From Camelus ferus (Eukaryota), in NCBI RefSeq assembly GCF_009834535.1, contig NC_045697.1, positions 50,346,001 through 50,410,000 on the forward strand: a stretch of DNA of 64,000 bases, read 5' to 3'. Shown piece by piece: positions 13,791-27,479 of the stretch (its first letter is position 1; every line of letters begins with the position of its first letter). Made by a program: the position numbers and the translations under genes. The notes under the pieces are model-generated. The model was not told the origin of the DNA and made no database searches. It worked only from the letters and a program-made list of their open reading frames with translations.

Positions 13791-15589
13791 CCAGAGCACA
13801 AATGAAGAAACCAAATGTAGAGAGGTTACTTGAATAAGGCAAAGTGACTAAGGGGCAGAACTTTGCCCCCACAGCTCTCTTCCCTTTCTGATTTCCGCAG
13901 GGCTGCAGCCCCATTACTACATACTTTAGTGCAAAATTGCGGCCGTGCCCATGAATATGTTTTACTGTCTTTTAGAGTATTCTTTTTCCACTTGTCTCTG
14001 TGGTGCCAGATTTTGTGTGCGAGGTCCAAAACAAAATCACGCTGCACCTCAGTTGTCCTTTGTGAAGCTAAGTATTTCTTTGGTTGACCTGTTTTTGATG
14101 TTCTATTGACATAATTATAATAGTGATTTTCAATGTTTTTCATTAGTTAAAATATTATTATTTAAAATAACTTAAAATTTTTTACTTAAAATTACTTAAA
14201 TTTTCATCCCATCACACTCATTCCAGCTAGAGTGGATTTTCAACCCTTTTGCTGAAATGAAGTGAAAATAAGTCACACTAGAAAAATTCACTTTCTTTTT
14301 ACACATATTCAGCTTCTCTTTATTCCTCTCTCTTCCCCTTCACCAACTCTATCTCACATGCACACAGCAGGATAAAAAGTAAATAAACTATATACAGTTT
14401 GGAATTCTTTAGAAGAGACAATTACATGCAATCTAAATTTTTATTTTCCTTTAGATTCCAATCTGCCATAGCATGCTTTTTTAGTTTTCATATTACAGAT
14501 AATCACATTTGATATTATTAGGCTGTTATCTTCATCTTTAAAAAGAAAAGAATTGACATGTTTAATTAACGTATTACTAAAGCCATCCAGCAGGAAAGGT
14601 GTAAAAGCGAAAACTACTTTTCTGATCAGATTGATGCCGAGTGCACATAAAATCCAGTAATGCTACCACCTTTCTAAGTTATAAGAATTCGTCAGAACCA
14701 ATTTCTATAGTGCTTTCCGCACAACTTGAAATAATTTTGATAAAGTTCATTCCACTTGTGATATTAGGGCATTTAAAAAAAAAAGAATTTTAAATTTGTG
14801 TACATTGTCTTCATCACCAGGACAATAATATAATTAAACACTGATACAATAAATCCTACAGAAAGACCATAGCTCAGATTTATTTCATATTTACCATATA
14901 CTGAAACTGAGTACCTTAAATATTATCAATTCTCTTCATTCCATGACAAGCCAGTTAGAAGTGTACTTTATTACTATTATTATCTCCATTCTAAAATTTA
15001 AAAACTAGTGGTTAGGTTACTTAGCCAAGTTTACACAGCTTGGGCTCTCACTTTTAACCATGAAATTTTATATCTAATCTTGTTCAGCATCATACTGTTG
15101 AATATATCATAGGATCCCACATATAAATCTGTATAAAAACCTAGTATTGAAAAGCAAGCATATAGTAACAGCATCGATTTAATACCCATTGGTCAGATTC
15201 AGCTGATTGTTCAAAAAAGGGACTGGCATATTCACTCTCAGTATCTGCACTTACAAAGCCAATCTAAATAATTGAACACATACGTAGGCCGACAACTATG
15301 TCAGTCCAGACAACAAGTTTTGATGTTTATATCTGCTCAGTGGATCAGAAGTTTTTGATTTTTAACTGAGACTGAGCTGTTAGCTATAAAATATTTTCTC
15401 CTGGTGATTAAAACTGTATATTCTAACAGGTGTATTTATACCTAGGACCTTGTCCATGGGACTAGCAATTTTAGTTTATAATTTTGAATTCATTTAGTGC
15501 AAATAGATTTTATTCACCAAACTTTTAGTAAGGTTTCCATTGCAATTCATCTCTCTTTACTGCTCAGCAATTTCATGTGCTGAGCTTGA

Positions 15590-15810
15590 AGACTGAAGCC
15601 TTCAGTTCAAGGCCTGATTTCACCAGTTACGGTGATTTGACCTTAGGCAAGACAGTAAAGTTCCATAAGTTTCACTTCTCTCATCTGCAAAGTGTAGATA
15701 ATAATACCTTCCCTGCCAACTCCACAGGGCAGGTAGAAGGGTCAGGCTAGATAACGTGTAAGAAAGTGCTTCTGAAGCCACACAGCACAGTGTAATTCGA
15801 GGTGTTAGTT
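15590..15810 (+). mobile_element. MIR SINE
   Basis: tgaccttaggcaag...ttctctcatctgcaaagtgtagataataatacct. Confidence 0.7.
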
Positions 15811-17799
15811 ACCGGCCATCTGATTACTCACAGAAAGGCAACAAAGTTCTCCCCAAAGAACAAGGGTATAAAATTCAGAACTGTGTTAGCATTCCTTAAA
15901 TAATGTAACAATAAAACAAAACCCCTCTACATATTAAAGGAATAATAATTTAAAAATGCTTCTACTTCTGATTTTAATTATACCAGTTTGGAGACTTGAA
16001 TTTGCTTTTTCTGGTTGTCTCTGCAGACTAGGATTAGTGCAGTACTAAAAGGAGGTCCAGGGTACGTGATTGAACCTTCCTTTCAGAGATTCCTTTATTT
16101 ACAGCATGGTCATAAGAGAGGCGTAAAGAAAATATATTTCTTGATCCTTAAAATAATAGTAATAAAAATTACTAACGGTAATTACCAACAAATGACAGTA
16201 TTACTAACACTACGACCTAACGTTAAGCCACCTAAGTATTTAGATATCCCCTTGACAAGTTTTTATTTTTGAAAAGAAGTCTTTTACTGAAATTCACATA
16301 TTCTTGTTAAACCATATGAGTTGTTTCACCTTCTGAGAGTTCAGCTACTGCCAGGAACAGGACATGGGGCACCATATTCTCATTCTTTTGAAACTCATCA
16401 CAGAGAAGAAGAAGTCATTGCAGTAAATGAAAAACATGAGTAAAGTAGCATCAAATGACACATATAAAAATATACCTCTGTATCTCTTAATCTTTACCAG
16501 AGAACTTAGTGTTCTCCTTGTCACAATCACCTTCCTAGCAATAAAACTGGGAATTATAGCCAAAAACCAGACCGATATTATTCCATGGTTTTGTGTAACA
16601 AAGGTGAACACACTTAAGAAATCAGATAGTATGACAAATGTCAATGTGATACCTTATTTAATAGCTTTTGTATTAGTGATAATAGAAGAAAAAATGGTTC
16701 TATTCTGAGTGAGAATTATCACATGATTCTGATTAAGAATGAAGGTAGAAAGAGATCCCTACAGGAGTTTGAAAGGTTAGTAGCAATGAGAACCAAGACT
16801 TAAATCTCTCTAAGCTATAGTATCTTCTTCTCTAACCTGATGATAATCACGCCTGCTTGCTTCTGAGGATCAAATGAAATTTCATTCATTCATTCACCAA
16901 ATATTGGGCATCTACTGTATTTAAGAAAATGGACTAGACATTGTGGCAGATTAGGTAGTGTTTAAAATAGCCTCAGTTTTTATGAACTTAAATCTAAGAA
17001 GCAGATCAATGATATCAACATCAAGAACAGTCAAAATAAGTTTAAAGTGTTAAGAGCTATTTAGAGCCTAAAACAATGTGATATGGAAATTCATATCACA
17101 AGAAAGTGCTTTGAAACTGTAAAATGCTATACAAATGGATGTTCTCAGAATAGCTCAGCCTATGGCGAAACTGAGGGGAGATTTTTGATGATTTATTTCT
17201 GTAAACATTCCCCTTCCCCTTTATTTGCCTTGCTTAATAAAATAGGATAGGAATCAATTACCTAATACAGTGTCTTACAAAATCTATATGCTCAGTAAAT
17301 ATTTGTTGAATTAAGGAATGCTTAACAATGTTCTTCTCAATGCTATTTTAAAATATTTGGTAAAAATTATTCTAGTTGGAAACAAAAAAACACTACTTTA
17401 ATTAGTCTTAATTAATAATTAGAATAATAATGCTATTTTAGATTCTATTTTAATCAAGTGTATTTTATGAGTTTTTTTTTTTTCCAGATGAAAAAGCCCA
17501 CCCCATAGATTACTTGTGTGAGATCTGGGTACAATATAAAAAAGTAGAAAATGCATTGATTTGAGAACCAGAATTTCTGGGAGAATCCTTGCTCTGAAAC
17601 CCACTAGCTTTAGGAAAACTATTTTGTACCTTAGTTTGCTGATTTGTAGAATCATAGACTAGAACAAACGATGGTAAGATATCTTCCATCTTTAATATTT
17701 TCAAGCCTCAATACATGAGGTATTATTTAATGGAAGACATTAAAATTGTATAAAATGAACTTAAGTTAAAATGGATTATCATCATGTTTTAAAATGGTA

Positions 17800-18030
17800 T
17801 TACCGAGAATTGCAAATATGAACTACTACATATAAAATAGATTTTAAAAAAACAAATTTCTTTCCATATAGTACAGGGAACGATATTCAATATCTTGTAG
17901 TATCCTATAATGAAAAATAAAATGAAAACAAATATTTGTATGTGTATGTATGACTGAAACATTATGCTGTACACCAGAAAGTGACCATTGTAACTGACTA
18001 TACTTCAATAAAAAATAATTTAAAAAATAT
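17800..18030 (+). mobile_element. L1 3'UTR fragment with A-rich tail
   Basis: Matches the 3'UTR of the L1 at 8750-8960. Confidence 0.88.
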
Positions 18031-21000
18031 TACCCAATTTTTGGATTGGTAAATTATTCTTAAATGTGAAATAATAGCAAAACTTTAAAAACATAGTAAG
18101 ATATCATAATGTAGGTAAAAATACCAGCTCTACACCCTGCCACATACACACACTTTGGGCTACTTGGAAGGTAATCTATAATCAGTTCTACATAGTTAGG
18201 GCCAACTGAGTGGCACAATTACTGAGTGAGTTGGAGTAGTTCTGGATTAGCAAAGAATAAGCTTTCAGGTATTTAAAGGTATGCCCCCCTTTCCATTCTG
18301 CCTAGACTTTGTCCCATGAGTGACAAAAACAGCCTGGTAAATCACTTGCCAAAGCAGTACATCTAAGCAATTTTATTAACAATGAATTTCAGGGAATTAT
18401 GATGCATCAGATGTGTTACACACTAATCACAAGGCTGCAACCAAAACGATCTTTTAAGCAATGAATTCATGACGGTGAGTGAATGAGCCTTTCCAAAGGT
18501 AGAAAGTCTCAATTATCTCAAAGCAGTTCAGACACAGAGACAATGTAATTTATTTACTAAGGGTCTGCGTGTGTGTGACTCTGTGCTGGGCTGTTAAATT
18601 CAAGTCCCTAAAACCTCAAAGCCCTTTGCTTTTCCCATCACTGTACCACTTCCCATTAACTCTGCTTAAGTGTACAATATTATATTTTAGGGGATTAAAA
18701 ATTGAAACTTTAAGCAGAAGCGTGAAGTATTTTATACAAATCAAGAAACTACTTGATAATTCATGATTGCACATGTGCACTGCTGTGTCTATATAGATTC
18801 ATTCTTTTCCTGGAAAGCAGCCCCTGTTTACTCTCCTTTACCTGCATCTTGTTAAAACTTTTGCCTCTTTCTGGTTGTTTTTAAATGTCATTTCCTGAGC
18901 AAGCACACTTTGATTTCAAAAATATAAAATTCCTCTCTGACTCTTACATCACTCTGTGCAACACTTACACTACCCTGTAACATCCACAGAGGCAGCAACC
19001 ATACCTGTCTTATTCATCACTGTGTCCCCACCACCCAGAGCATGGCCTGGCCTGTGGTAGGGGTGCTCACGAACACCTTCTGCATGACTAACACGTACAT
19101 CCAACACTGTGGGAAGTGCTGCAGGACACTCCGAAGTCTGGCCCTTAGGAAACCTATGCTGCATGTTTAATGTTACAGGATCATATACAAAATAAGAACG
19201 TTAAATTTCTTGTGGTGTAAACAGATTTAAAAATACATTAAAAGATTAATGAATGGAGCTCCCGGTGTGAACTGAAATTGTTTTGTGGTAAATTATGTGT
19301 AAGTGAGTTCATGAAACACTGCTCCATTTTGTTTTGTCAGTTCCAGAGAACTTCTGACAGTGGAGCATCTGGTCACATTAGCATTGCCTCCATTTTTAGT
19401 AGGCTGGTGCAAATAACAGGCAACAAGGCATCCTTTCTTTTGCCTTTTTTGTTATACTTTTAACTTCCAAAAGATGGCAGTGTCATAGAGAGTGAAAATT
19501 GTGTTTCTTAAGTCTGAGCTGATCAGCAGATTGAGTAGTTAGCTGTGGCCCTAAAGAGCTGACCATACTTTGCAAAAATCTCAAGGTTCAGAAAGATATC
19601 TAAAGTGGAAACTATGGGCTCCCCAGGAGGAAGGGACCTGCCTGTTGGGTTAATTACATGCCTTTGCACAGCAGACAAGAGCTCCAGACAATGTTATATT
19701 ACATACAAATGAACAAACAAATTTGAGCCACTATTGAAAAACATATTATTTAATGCCAGAAATGAAATATATATATAATAAATATATATGTTTTATATAT
19801 AATAAATATATATTTAATATATAGTGAATATCTTTATTTAAATATATTGAATATATTTATGTTTCTGAATTCAAATTCCAAATGTTAGTGCTATGATCAG
19901 TCCATCTCCTGGGCCCACATGGAGTACTGCTTCGTCCCCTCACTCATAAGTCAAGGCACGTCTCCTAAAAACTTTATTTTCTTCTATGGGAAGTTAGAAT
20001 AGATATACTTATCTTCCTTATAAGCTATTTTTTTAAATTTTATGTACAACAAAGTTTGAGTGAGGCCAAGATTTGGCACAGATGTAGTTTAAGTGAGCTT
20101 GTCCTTGGTACCTTCTTTCTACCCTTAGAGTTTTCTTCTCCCCTTGGAGCTGCTGTTCCCAGGGGTGCTGGGCTCTCCCAGGTCGTGTCCTCCTCTCAAG
20201 GCAGCCTCAGGTCTAACTGTCTTTTCTGCCCCCCACTAAGACTTTCTAGTGCTTATCTTCAAGGACTGTCTCCTTGTTGGAAAGAGTCTAATCAATAATT
20301 GGCAAGTGACTATATTGCTGGTCATTTATTCACTCATTTATTCATTATCCATCACTCATGAATGGGGCCCCTGCTATGCACTTATCACTGTCACATATGG
20401 GGGTTACCTACAGGAAGGCCCTGCCTTCATGATCAAAGCTGGAGAGGCAATTAACAGTCAACAGTAATCACGCTTCAGATAGATAAACCCTGAGGCGGAG
20501 CGAAGCAGTTTGCTATGGCAATGCACAGCAGATTCTGTACTGTAAGAGGATCATTTTCATCTTTGTATCTTTATTTCACAGCACAGTGCCTGGCCCATGA
20601 ATGCAGACATATGCAATAGATATTTAGGCCTAAGCTTGTATCAATGGGATACTGAGGCAAGTTGATGGGGGTGTTTTTGTATTGCTCACTGTTCCCACCA
20701 TACCACAGGTTGCAAAAGAGAAATTTCTGCCTGCCATAAACTGGTAGAACTGAAACAGAAATCACACTTTTGCTTTTGCTTCTTCTTCATGTTGGTTCTG
20801 AGTTGGAGAAGGAAGAAATACTTGTTAGACAACAAGACACTAAAATGGAGACTGGAATAAGTTTCTAATGCTCAGCTCTTGCTACCAAAAGGCCACTGGG
20901 GCATGGGAGGTGCCGTGCAGCCATCAGGCACTGTCCGTCCCTAGCAGGGACTGGACCTCGTTTGTTTGACTTGGCTAATAAATATGACTCAGGCATGCAC

Positions 21001-23679
21001 ACCAGCAAGAATTCATTTCCTTAAAAACTGGCTACGGTTTTGTTTTTTTTTTCATGTGCTCCCCCTAGAGGTTTTCATTTATCTTCAAGGCATCTTCTAA
21101 GTGGTGTAAACCCTTCTCTCAAGTTCTGCCTATATGGATAAATAAATCAATATTGTGAGGATTTACTTTGCATCACTTCTTAACTGTTGTACACTAACCA
21201 GGCCAAAACACCGTTAGTTATCTGGTTGATCTATCTACACTTGTGATCCAGTTCGCAGCATCCTTCTTGACTCTTCTTGAGAGATCATTTCTCTCTAGGA
21301 TAAAATAAGTTTATCAGCAAGATTCTCTCTCCTCCTTACTGCCTTAAATTCAGGCGTATCAAGTACATCGGGAAACAGCTCAGTGGAAGCAAAGAGGAAA
21401 ACCACCCAAGGGATGGAGGCTTCGTTGCCGTGACTTCACACCTGGAAACTGAGGACGAGCCAGTTGATCCGGCACAGCGGGTGTGTCTGTTGAAGTTCCC
21501 AGGGAACAATGGCCCACACTGTGCAGGCTGCCACGTGGGAAACAGATTTGTTTATGTTTTCCTTGATGTCATTTTGAGGGGGTAAAATATGGTGGCCTTT
21601 TTCTTTATCCAAATGTCACAGAGTCAGCTGGGAACTCCAGCTCCCTGGTCCCAAATACAGGTCTGTTATTTCCAGAAACTGTGAAATCCAGTGACTTGTT
21701 TGAGGCTCTGTCATTGTTGGTGGTGGCCTTTTAACCTCCCAGGACAGGAGGAGCAGGTTTTCTTGTGGAAGAGAAGGCAGATTCCAGGAAGTTCCCAGAC
21801 AGTCATTTACCATCTCTTCTTGGAAGGGGGAGGAGAATGAGATAAGGCAAAGGTGGATGTGATGCCCTCACAAGGGCAGGGGACCCACCCTTGGCATGTG
21901 AAAGATCAATGTGTGTTCAATGGCTTTGCAGACTTGTCTGCCCCAACCAAAGGCACACACATAATAAACCTTTCCACCTTTAATTCACCATTAAACAGAA
22001 TTTTCTCATAACCTAGTCTTTAACACCATGAAAGTTTTGAGGCTAAAAAAAGGATTTTTATTGCATTTAACTTGCATGTGCATTAAATTCCTAAGTCTAG
22101 CCAGACATGGGGAAAACAGCTACCTCTTGTAAAAATTTCTATGTCAAATCTTCCATTCTATAAACTCAACAAATATACTCAACTTTGTCAGATAATGGGA
22201 CCCAACTTTTCACCAGTTTATAAAATTGAACGAATCTGATAAATCACAATAGAAGATAAATTTGATTTAGAACATAAATATATAGAGGGTATTTGGTCAA
22301 ATAATTAATTTTAAGGGTTTCTAGCCATTACCTTGCAAGCTTGTTCCTGTGTATTAGTAGGCACAGTTTCAATTTTTAAAAAAAGACACTCAGACAATTG
22401 GAAGTAAAATAATTGCTGTGCCTCCTGGATTTTATATAACTGTGAGTACTGCAAAAGTATAATATGAAAACAAATGCTCTTTTCTAATCCAAATTCAATC
22501 CATTTATGCTTATTGATCTAATGGAACTTCCTAGGTCCTGAGGATAAATGTGAAGATAATGGTTATATAGTTCTCACTGTCTAATCAAAGTTGGTAGAAC
22601 TCAACAAAAGAAATTTTGTTTGCCTTGGCGTGAAATCTCTTATGAAGTATATTTCCCATTTATGGTCGTGACTCTCCAACCACAAATACACATAGCTCCC
22701 AGCTCCTCCCTTTTTATACATGGGAGGTCGCAAAAGAAGCATAAATTCCTGTTAAAACTGCATTTAGCCAGAGTGAAAAGAAACCAGAAAATTATTAAAT
22801 TACAGAGGAAAATACATATAGACACAATGGCTGATGTGGTACAAAATATTAACTATTGTGGCAGTGGAAAGAAGAACTCAACAGATGTTCCATGTACTCC
22901 CCCACATTTCCCAGCCTCTTTCTAAGTTAATAATGTGTGCTTCTATCCATGCTTTTAACTATCTACATTCTCTTTACCTTCTGTGGCGGGCAGTAAAGAA
23001 CTCCAAGGGAGAGAAATTGTGTGATGGGCTCAGCTTGGGTTCTTGAGTCATTGAAGGAGAGCTTTGCAGGAGAGTTGCCTAGCTCTCTTTGGGCTATGCC
23101 ATTGAGCAAGAGACAAACTATGTCTGTTAAGCAACTGAGATTAAAGGCTTGAAATTGCTACTTGATTTTATAAAAACCACTGCTAGCACTCTTTTTAAAA
23201 TAATAAATTTTCCTTTTAGTGCTAGTATTCCAACAATTTGATATTCTGGAGACTTTAAAATGGTGAACTATATGCTACATAGTCATTCTTGTCATTATAC
23301 CAATAATAAGACTGTAAAATATTAGATTTAGAAATTTTAGTGGGTTTACTTAATATGTGTAGGCAATGAACGCTAAGTCTTTTAGGATGTTTTTGACCAA
23401 GGCTCTAGATTTAACTCAGGTTTATCTAGAATCCTCCTCGTCAAATTACATGGTTTTACTGTATATGAAATTTTTTAATGAGAATCTTTGGTTTCATAGT
23501 AAAAGAAGAAAAGAAAGCTGTTCATCTATGAGAAGGGTAATCTGTTAATATGAAATTAAATACGGTCAAAGAGAAAAAAGAATAAATAACCATAAAGAAC
23601 ATTGGTCAAGAAAACACTTTCTCTAGAACAGCATCAAGATCAAATCAAGGAACATTTACTCACCTTAAAATAGAAAGCC

Positions 23680-24830
23680 TTCACAATGTCTGTCCAATAG
23701 GATTTCAGAATTGCTGTAGACCAGTGATTGAAGGAGGTTGCCCCATAATCCTCCTTTCTGAATGAGAATGCTTATAGCAGTCGTGTGTCCTCATTGTATA
23801 ATGAGTGTGGATGTGCCTATGCTGGAGGAGGGCTAGATAACTTCATAGTTTTCTCAACTTATGAGGACCCATATTTGTAACTCATGGAGGGACCAACCTG
23901 TGGAGACTATCCAGAGATTCTGAGCTTCCGGCTGGGTGTGGTGACCACTAGGACTTTGGTTTCCTCCCTTGGAAGGGGCTAAGTGTATTTGATGATCAGA
24001 AAAGCAGACCGTGACAGAGACTGTTTCTGTTTTATATTTAAGTTTATTTGTCTATTTTTTTTTAGATTAGTGTTCATCGAATATTTCATGGGCCCTATTT
24101 ATTTCCCAGCTTTTATTGCAGTTGAGTTGGAGCTAGGTAACTAATTCTGGCTAGTGAACCGTGAATGTAAGTGATGCGGTCACTTTGGGTTGAAGAGAGT
24201 TAAGATTAGTGTTCATCGAATATTTCATGGGCCCTATTTATTTCCCAGCTTTTATTGCAGTTGAGTTGGAGCTAGGTAACTAATTCTGGCTAGTGAACCG
24301 TGAATGTAAGTGATGTGGTCACTTTGGGTTGAAGAGAGTTAAGATTAGTGTTCATCGAATATTTCATGGGCCCTATTTATTTCCCAGCTTTTATTGCAGT
24401 TGAGTTGGAGCTAGGTAACTAATTCTGGCTAGTGAACCGTGAATGTAAGTGATGTGGTCACTTTGGGTTGAAGAGAGTTAAGATTAGTGTTCATCGAATA
24501 TTTCATGGGCCCTATTTATTTCCCAGCTTTTATTGCAGTTGAGTTGGAGCTAGGTAACTAATTCTGGCTAGTGAACCGTGAATGTAAGTGATGTGGTCAC
24601 TTTGGGTTGAAGAGAGTTAAGATTAGGCCAAATTTCTGTAGCTGCAAATGAAGGACCTCAAAATGATGGAGATGGAAAATGGTATCCCCTGGGCAAGTAG
24701 AAGTCCATACAATAAAATTACCTGACCTACGTGAAACCGTGGCATAAGCAATAAATTAACTTTTGTGTTACTTCACTGAGGTTTTAAGTATGACTCTCAG
24801 AAGCTAACTTTAATTATCTGACTAATAAAT
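23680..24830 (+). mobile_element. MaLR (MLT1-type) internal remnant plus LTR
   Basis: atttcccagc...ttgcagtt...aattctggctagtgaa...gtaagtgatg MLT1 LTR motif; aataaattaacttttgtgttacttcactgagg 3' end. Confidence 0.6.
24064..24626. repeat. Tandem repeat, 4 x 139 bp plus 7 bp
   Basis: Units start at 24064, 24203, 24342 and 24481; the only difference I see is C vs T at 24177 (gtgatgcggt vs gtgatgtggt). Confidence 0.97.
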
Positions 24831-25519
24831 AAAGTATTATAATCACCACTGATGTTCTAACCCACAGAAAATGCTTATTTTCTTTTGCAGGAAACCCCTG
24901 TAGCAGTCAGCATTTATTTCATCATATATCTTTTGAGCCAGCTGTCATGACAGATACAAAGAAATTAGGGCATGTTCTTTTCTCTCCTGTCCAAAATTTC
25001 ACAGTCCAGTTCTCTCACCTGCTTTCCTAAAAGACAGCATATGACTAAAGTTCAATTCAGGCTTTTGAAGTAGCATCTGGTAGCTTCTACGAAAGCTCTT
25101 AATAACTCTGAGTAAGAAAATACCAGGCTCTGAATAAAGCCTGCTCTGAATAAAGACAGAATCTTGAAGAGATCATCAGTGAGTGCAACATACTCTAACG
25201 AAAAGTTCAGTTTATGTATCACCTCCTGTGTCATAACTGCCCCCTCTCGTGTCTGGGTTAGGGGTCTCCCTGTGTGCTCTGATAGCAGCCTGTGTACTCT
25301 CTCTCTCATAACACTTTTCATACACTATTGGGATTGTCTCTACATGTGTCCTATTTCTCACTATACTGTAAATTCTACGAAGGCCAAAATATTGTCTATG
25401 TAGTTTGCCATTACAACTCCAGAACTCTTACTACTATTTACTGTTTCTTAGAGTATAATTCTCATGTATTAGTTCTCCTTTTCTCTAATTTATTGAAGGC
25501 CTTTCCTATATATTGATAG

Positions 25520-26100
25520 AGAAGATGAGGAGTTTAGTTTTGAATATCTTGAGTGGGAGCTTCCCATGGGAAATCAAATGAAGATGTATAGCAAGTAATT
25601 GGGTAGATGGTTCTGGACCTTTCTGGAAGAGAAATCTGGCATGGAGGCATAGAAGTCTGCAGGGTAGCAGCAGAGAAATGCTTTCTAAAGCCATAAATGT
25701 ACATTAGATCAGCTAGAAAGATGGAATGGATTAAGAAGTGAAGACATTTGGGAATGAAACTCCAAGAGGAAATTGGAGGAAAAATATTGATGGACTTCTT
25801 AGAAATAACACTAAGAGAAGTGGAGAGAAGTGAAAGAAAAGGTACAAGAGTGAGGAAACATGAAAAAAAGGAGAAATTTTTAAAAGGAGGGAGATTCAAA
25901 TGTTGCATACAGATCAAACAAGATAAGAATAGAAATAATTCCATTGGTTTTAGGAATGAAGACATTATTAATGACTTTCATCAGAGTGGTTTCTGTACAG
26001 TGGTGGGTCTGAAAGCCAGGCTTTTGTAGGTTAAGAGATAAATGAATGATGAGGATGTAAAAAAGAGTTCTGGAATTTGACAGTCAAGAAAAGTAGAGAG
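25520..26100 (-). mobile_element. L2 LINE fragment
   Basis: gagtttagttttgaatatcttgagtggga...gaaatcaaatgaagatgt... purine-rich antisense L2 signature. Confidence 0.7.
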
Positions 26101-26284
26101 AGCTACCTCTTACACATCCTTTAAGGTTCAACCAGATAGCACCTCCTCCCAAAAGCTTTTTCAAATACCACCACCACTTTCTGGTTTCTATCACACACGC
26201 ACAATATATTTGGTCCTATGCATACCACCATATAATCATTGATTACACAATCTATTGTAATTGCCTGATTGTCTTTTCCAATAA

Positions 26285-26467
26285 TCAATGGTCTTAACCT
26301 TCTTGGGTTTTCTGAAGTTTTTTAGAATCTGATGAAATCTAAAAACCACCTTTGCCAAGAAGTTCACACATATACATACACACAAATTTGTGCACAAAAT
26401 TTCAACAAGCTAAATGGAACCCCAAAAGTTCATTCAGAATAAGAAGTTCCCAGGTTAAGAAGCCCTG
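26285..26467. mobile_element. hAT-Charlie-like MITE
   Basis: Imperfect terminal inverted repeats caatggtcttaacct / aggttaagaagccctg around agaatctgatgaaa...cacacaaatttgtgc. Confidence 0.55.
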
Positions 26468-26578
26468 CGTAACACTTTAAACATTTTATAATAGAGAATG
26501 TATATTACTTGTTTTGTATCCTCTGTGATTGACACTGTGCCTATTACATACAAATAGATACTCAGAAATGCTTGATGA

Positions 26579-27189
26579 TATCCAGAGGGAACCTAAATTC
26601 AAAAAGACACCTGCACCCCAATGTTCATAGCAGCACTATTTACAATAGCCAAGACATGGAAACAACCTAAATGTCCATTGACAGATGACTGGATAAAGAA
26701 GTTGTGGTATATTTATGCAATGAAATACTACTCAGCCATAAAAAATGATAAAACAATGCCATTTGCAGCAACGTGGATGGTCCTGCAGAATGTCATTCTA
26801 AGTGAAGTAAGCCAGAAAGAGAAAGAAAAGTACCATATGATATCACTCATATGTAGAATCTAAAAAAAAATAGACAAATAAACTTAAGTATAAAACAGAA
26901 ACAGACTCACAGACATAGAATATAGACTTGTGGTTACCAGGGGGGAGTTGGGTGGGAAGAGATAAACTGGGAGTTCAAGATTTGCAGATACTGACTGATA
27001 TATATAAAATAGATAAATAACAAGTTTATACTGTATAGCACAGGGAAATATATTGAATATCTTGTAGTGAAAAAGAATATGAAAATGAATATATGTATAT
27101 TATGTATATTCATATATGACTAAAGCATTGTACTGTAACCAGAAATTGACACAACATTGTAAACTAACTATACTTAAATAAAAAAAAAA
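26579..27189 (+). mobile_element. 5'-truncated L1 with poly(A) and TSD gcttgatga
   Basis: ORF 26621..26863 MFIAALFTIAKTWKQPKCP is the L1 ORF2 C-terminus; TSD at 26570-26578 and 27190-27198; inserted in an L2 tail. Confidence 0.95.
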
Positions 27190-27479
27190 GCTTGATGAAT
27201 GAATGGATGGATGCCTTAATTGCAAAGTAGAAATATGTGCAAGAGGTTTTGAAAATATGGAAGTCTGACCATCTAACATTGCCTTAGAGAAATGGGAATC
27301 CTTTAGTGCACAGATTTGAAGGAAGAGGTTGCCGGATGAGAAAGCAAGGAAGGACCTTTCTTACAGAAAGAACATCAGATGAAAAGGCCCACCAGATCTA
27401 GAGAACAGGTAATTTAACTTGAACGGAGTACAAGAAGCATTGAGGGAATATCAAAAAACAAAGCAAGTAGCTGGTGATC

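Noticed and set aside
16345..16443. Candidate terminal exon (LLPGTGHGAPYSHSFETHHREEEVIAVNEKHE*)
   Set aside because: Short, unrecognised and with a weak acceptor site.
21352..21585. Candidate coding exon (pyrimidine tract and AG, then RIKYIGKQLSGSKEENHPRDGG...)
   Set aside because: No recognisable protein, no convincing donor site and no partner exons.
24064..24626. CRISPR-like array
   Set aside because: Units are identical head-to-tail with no unique spacers, and the DNA is mammalian LTR sequence.
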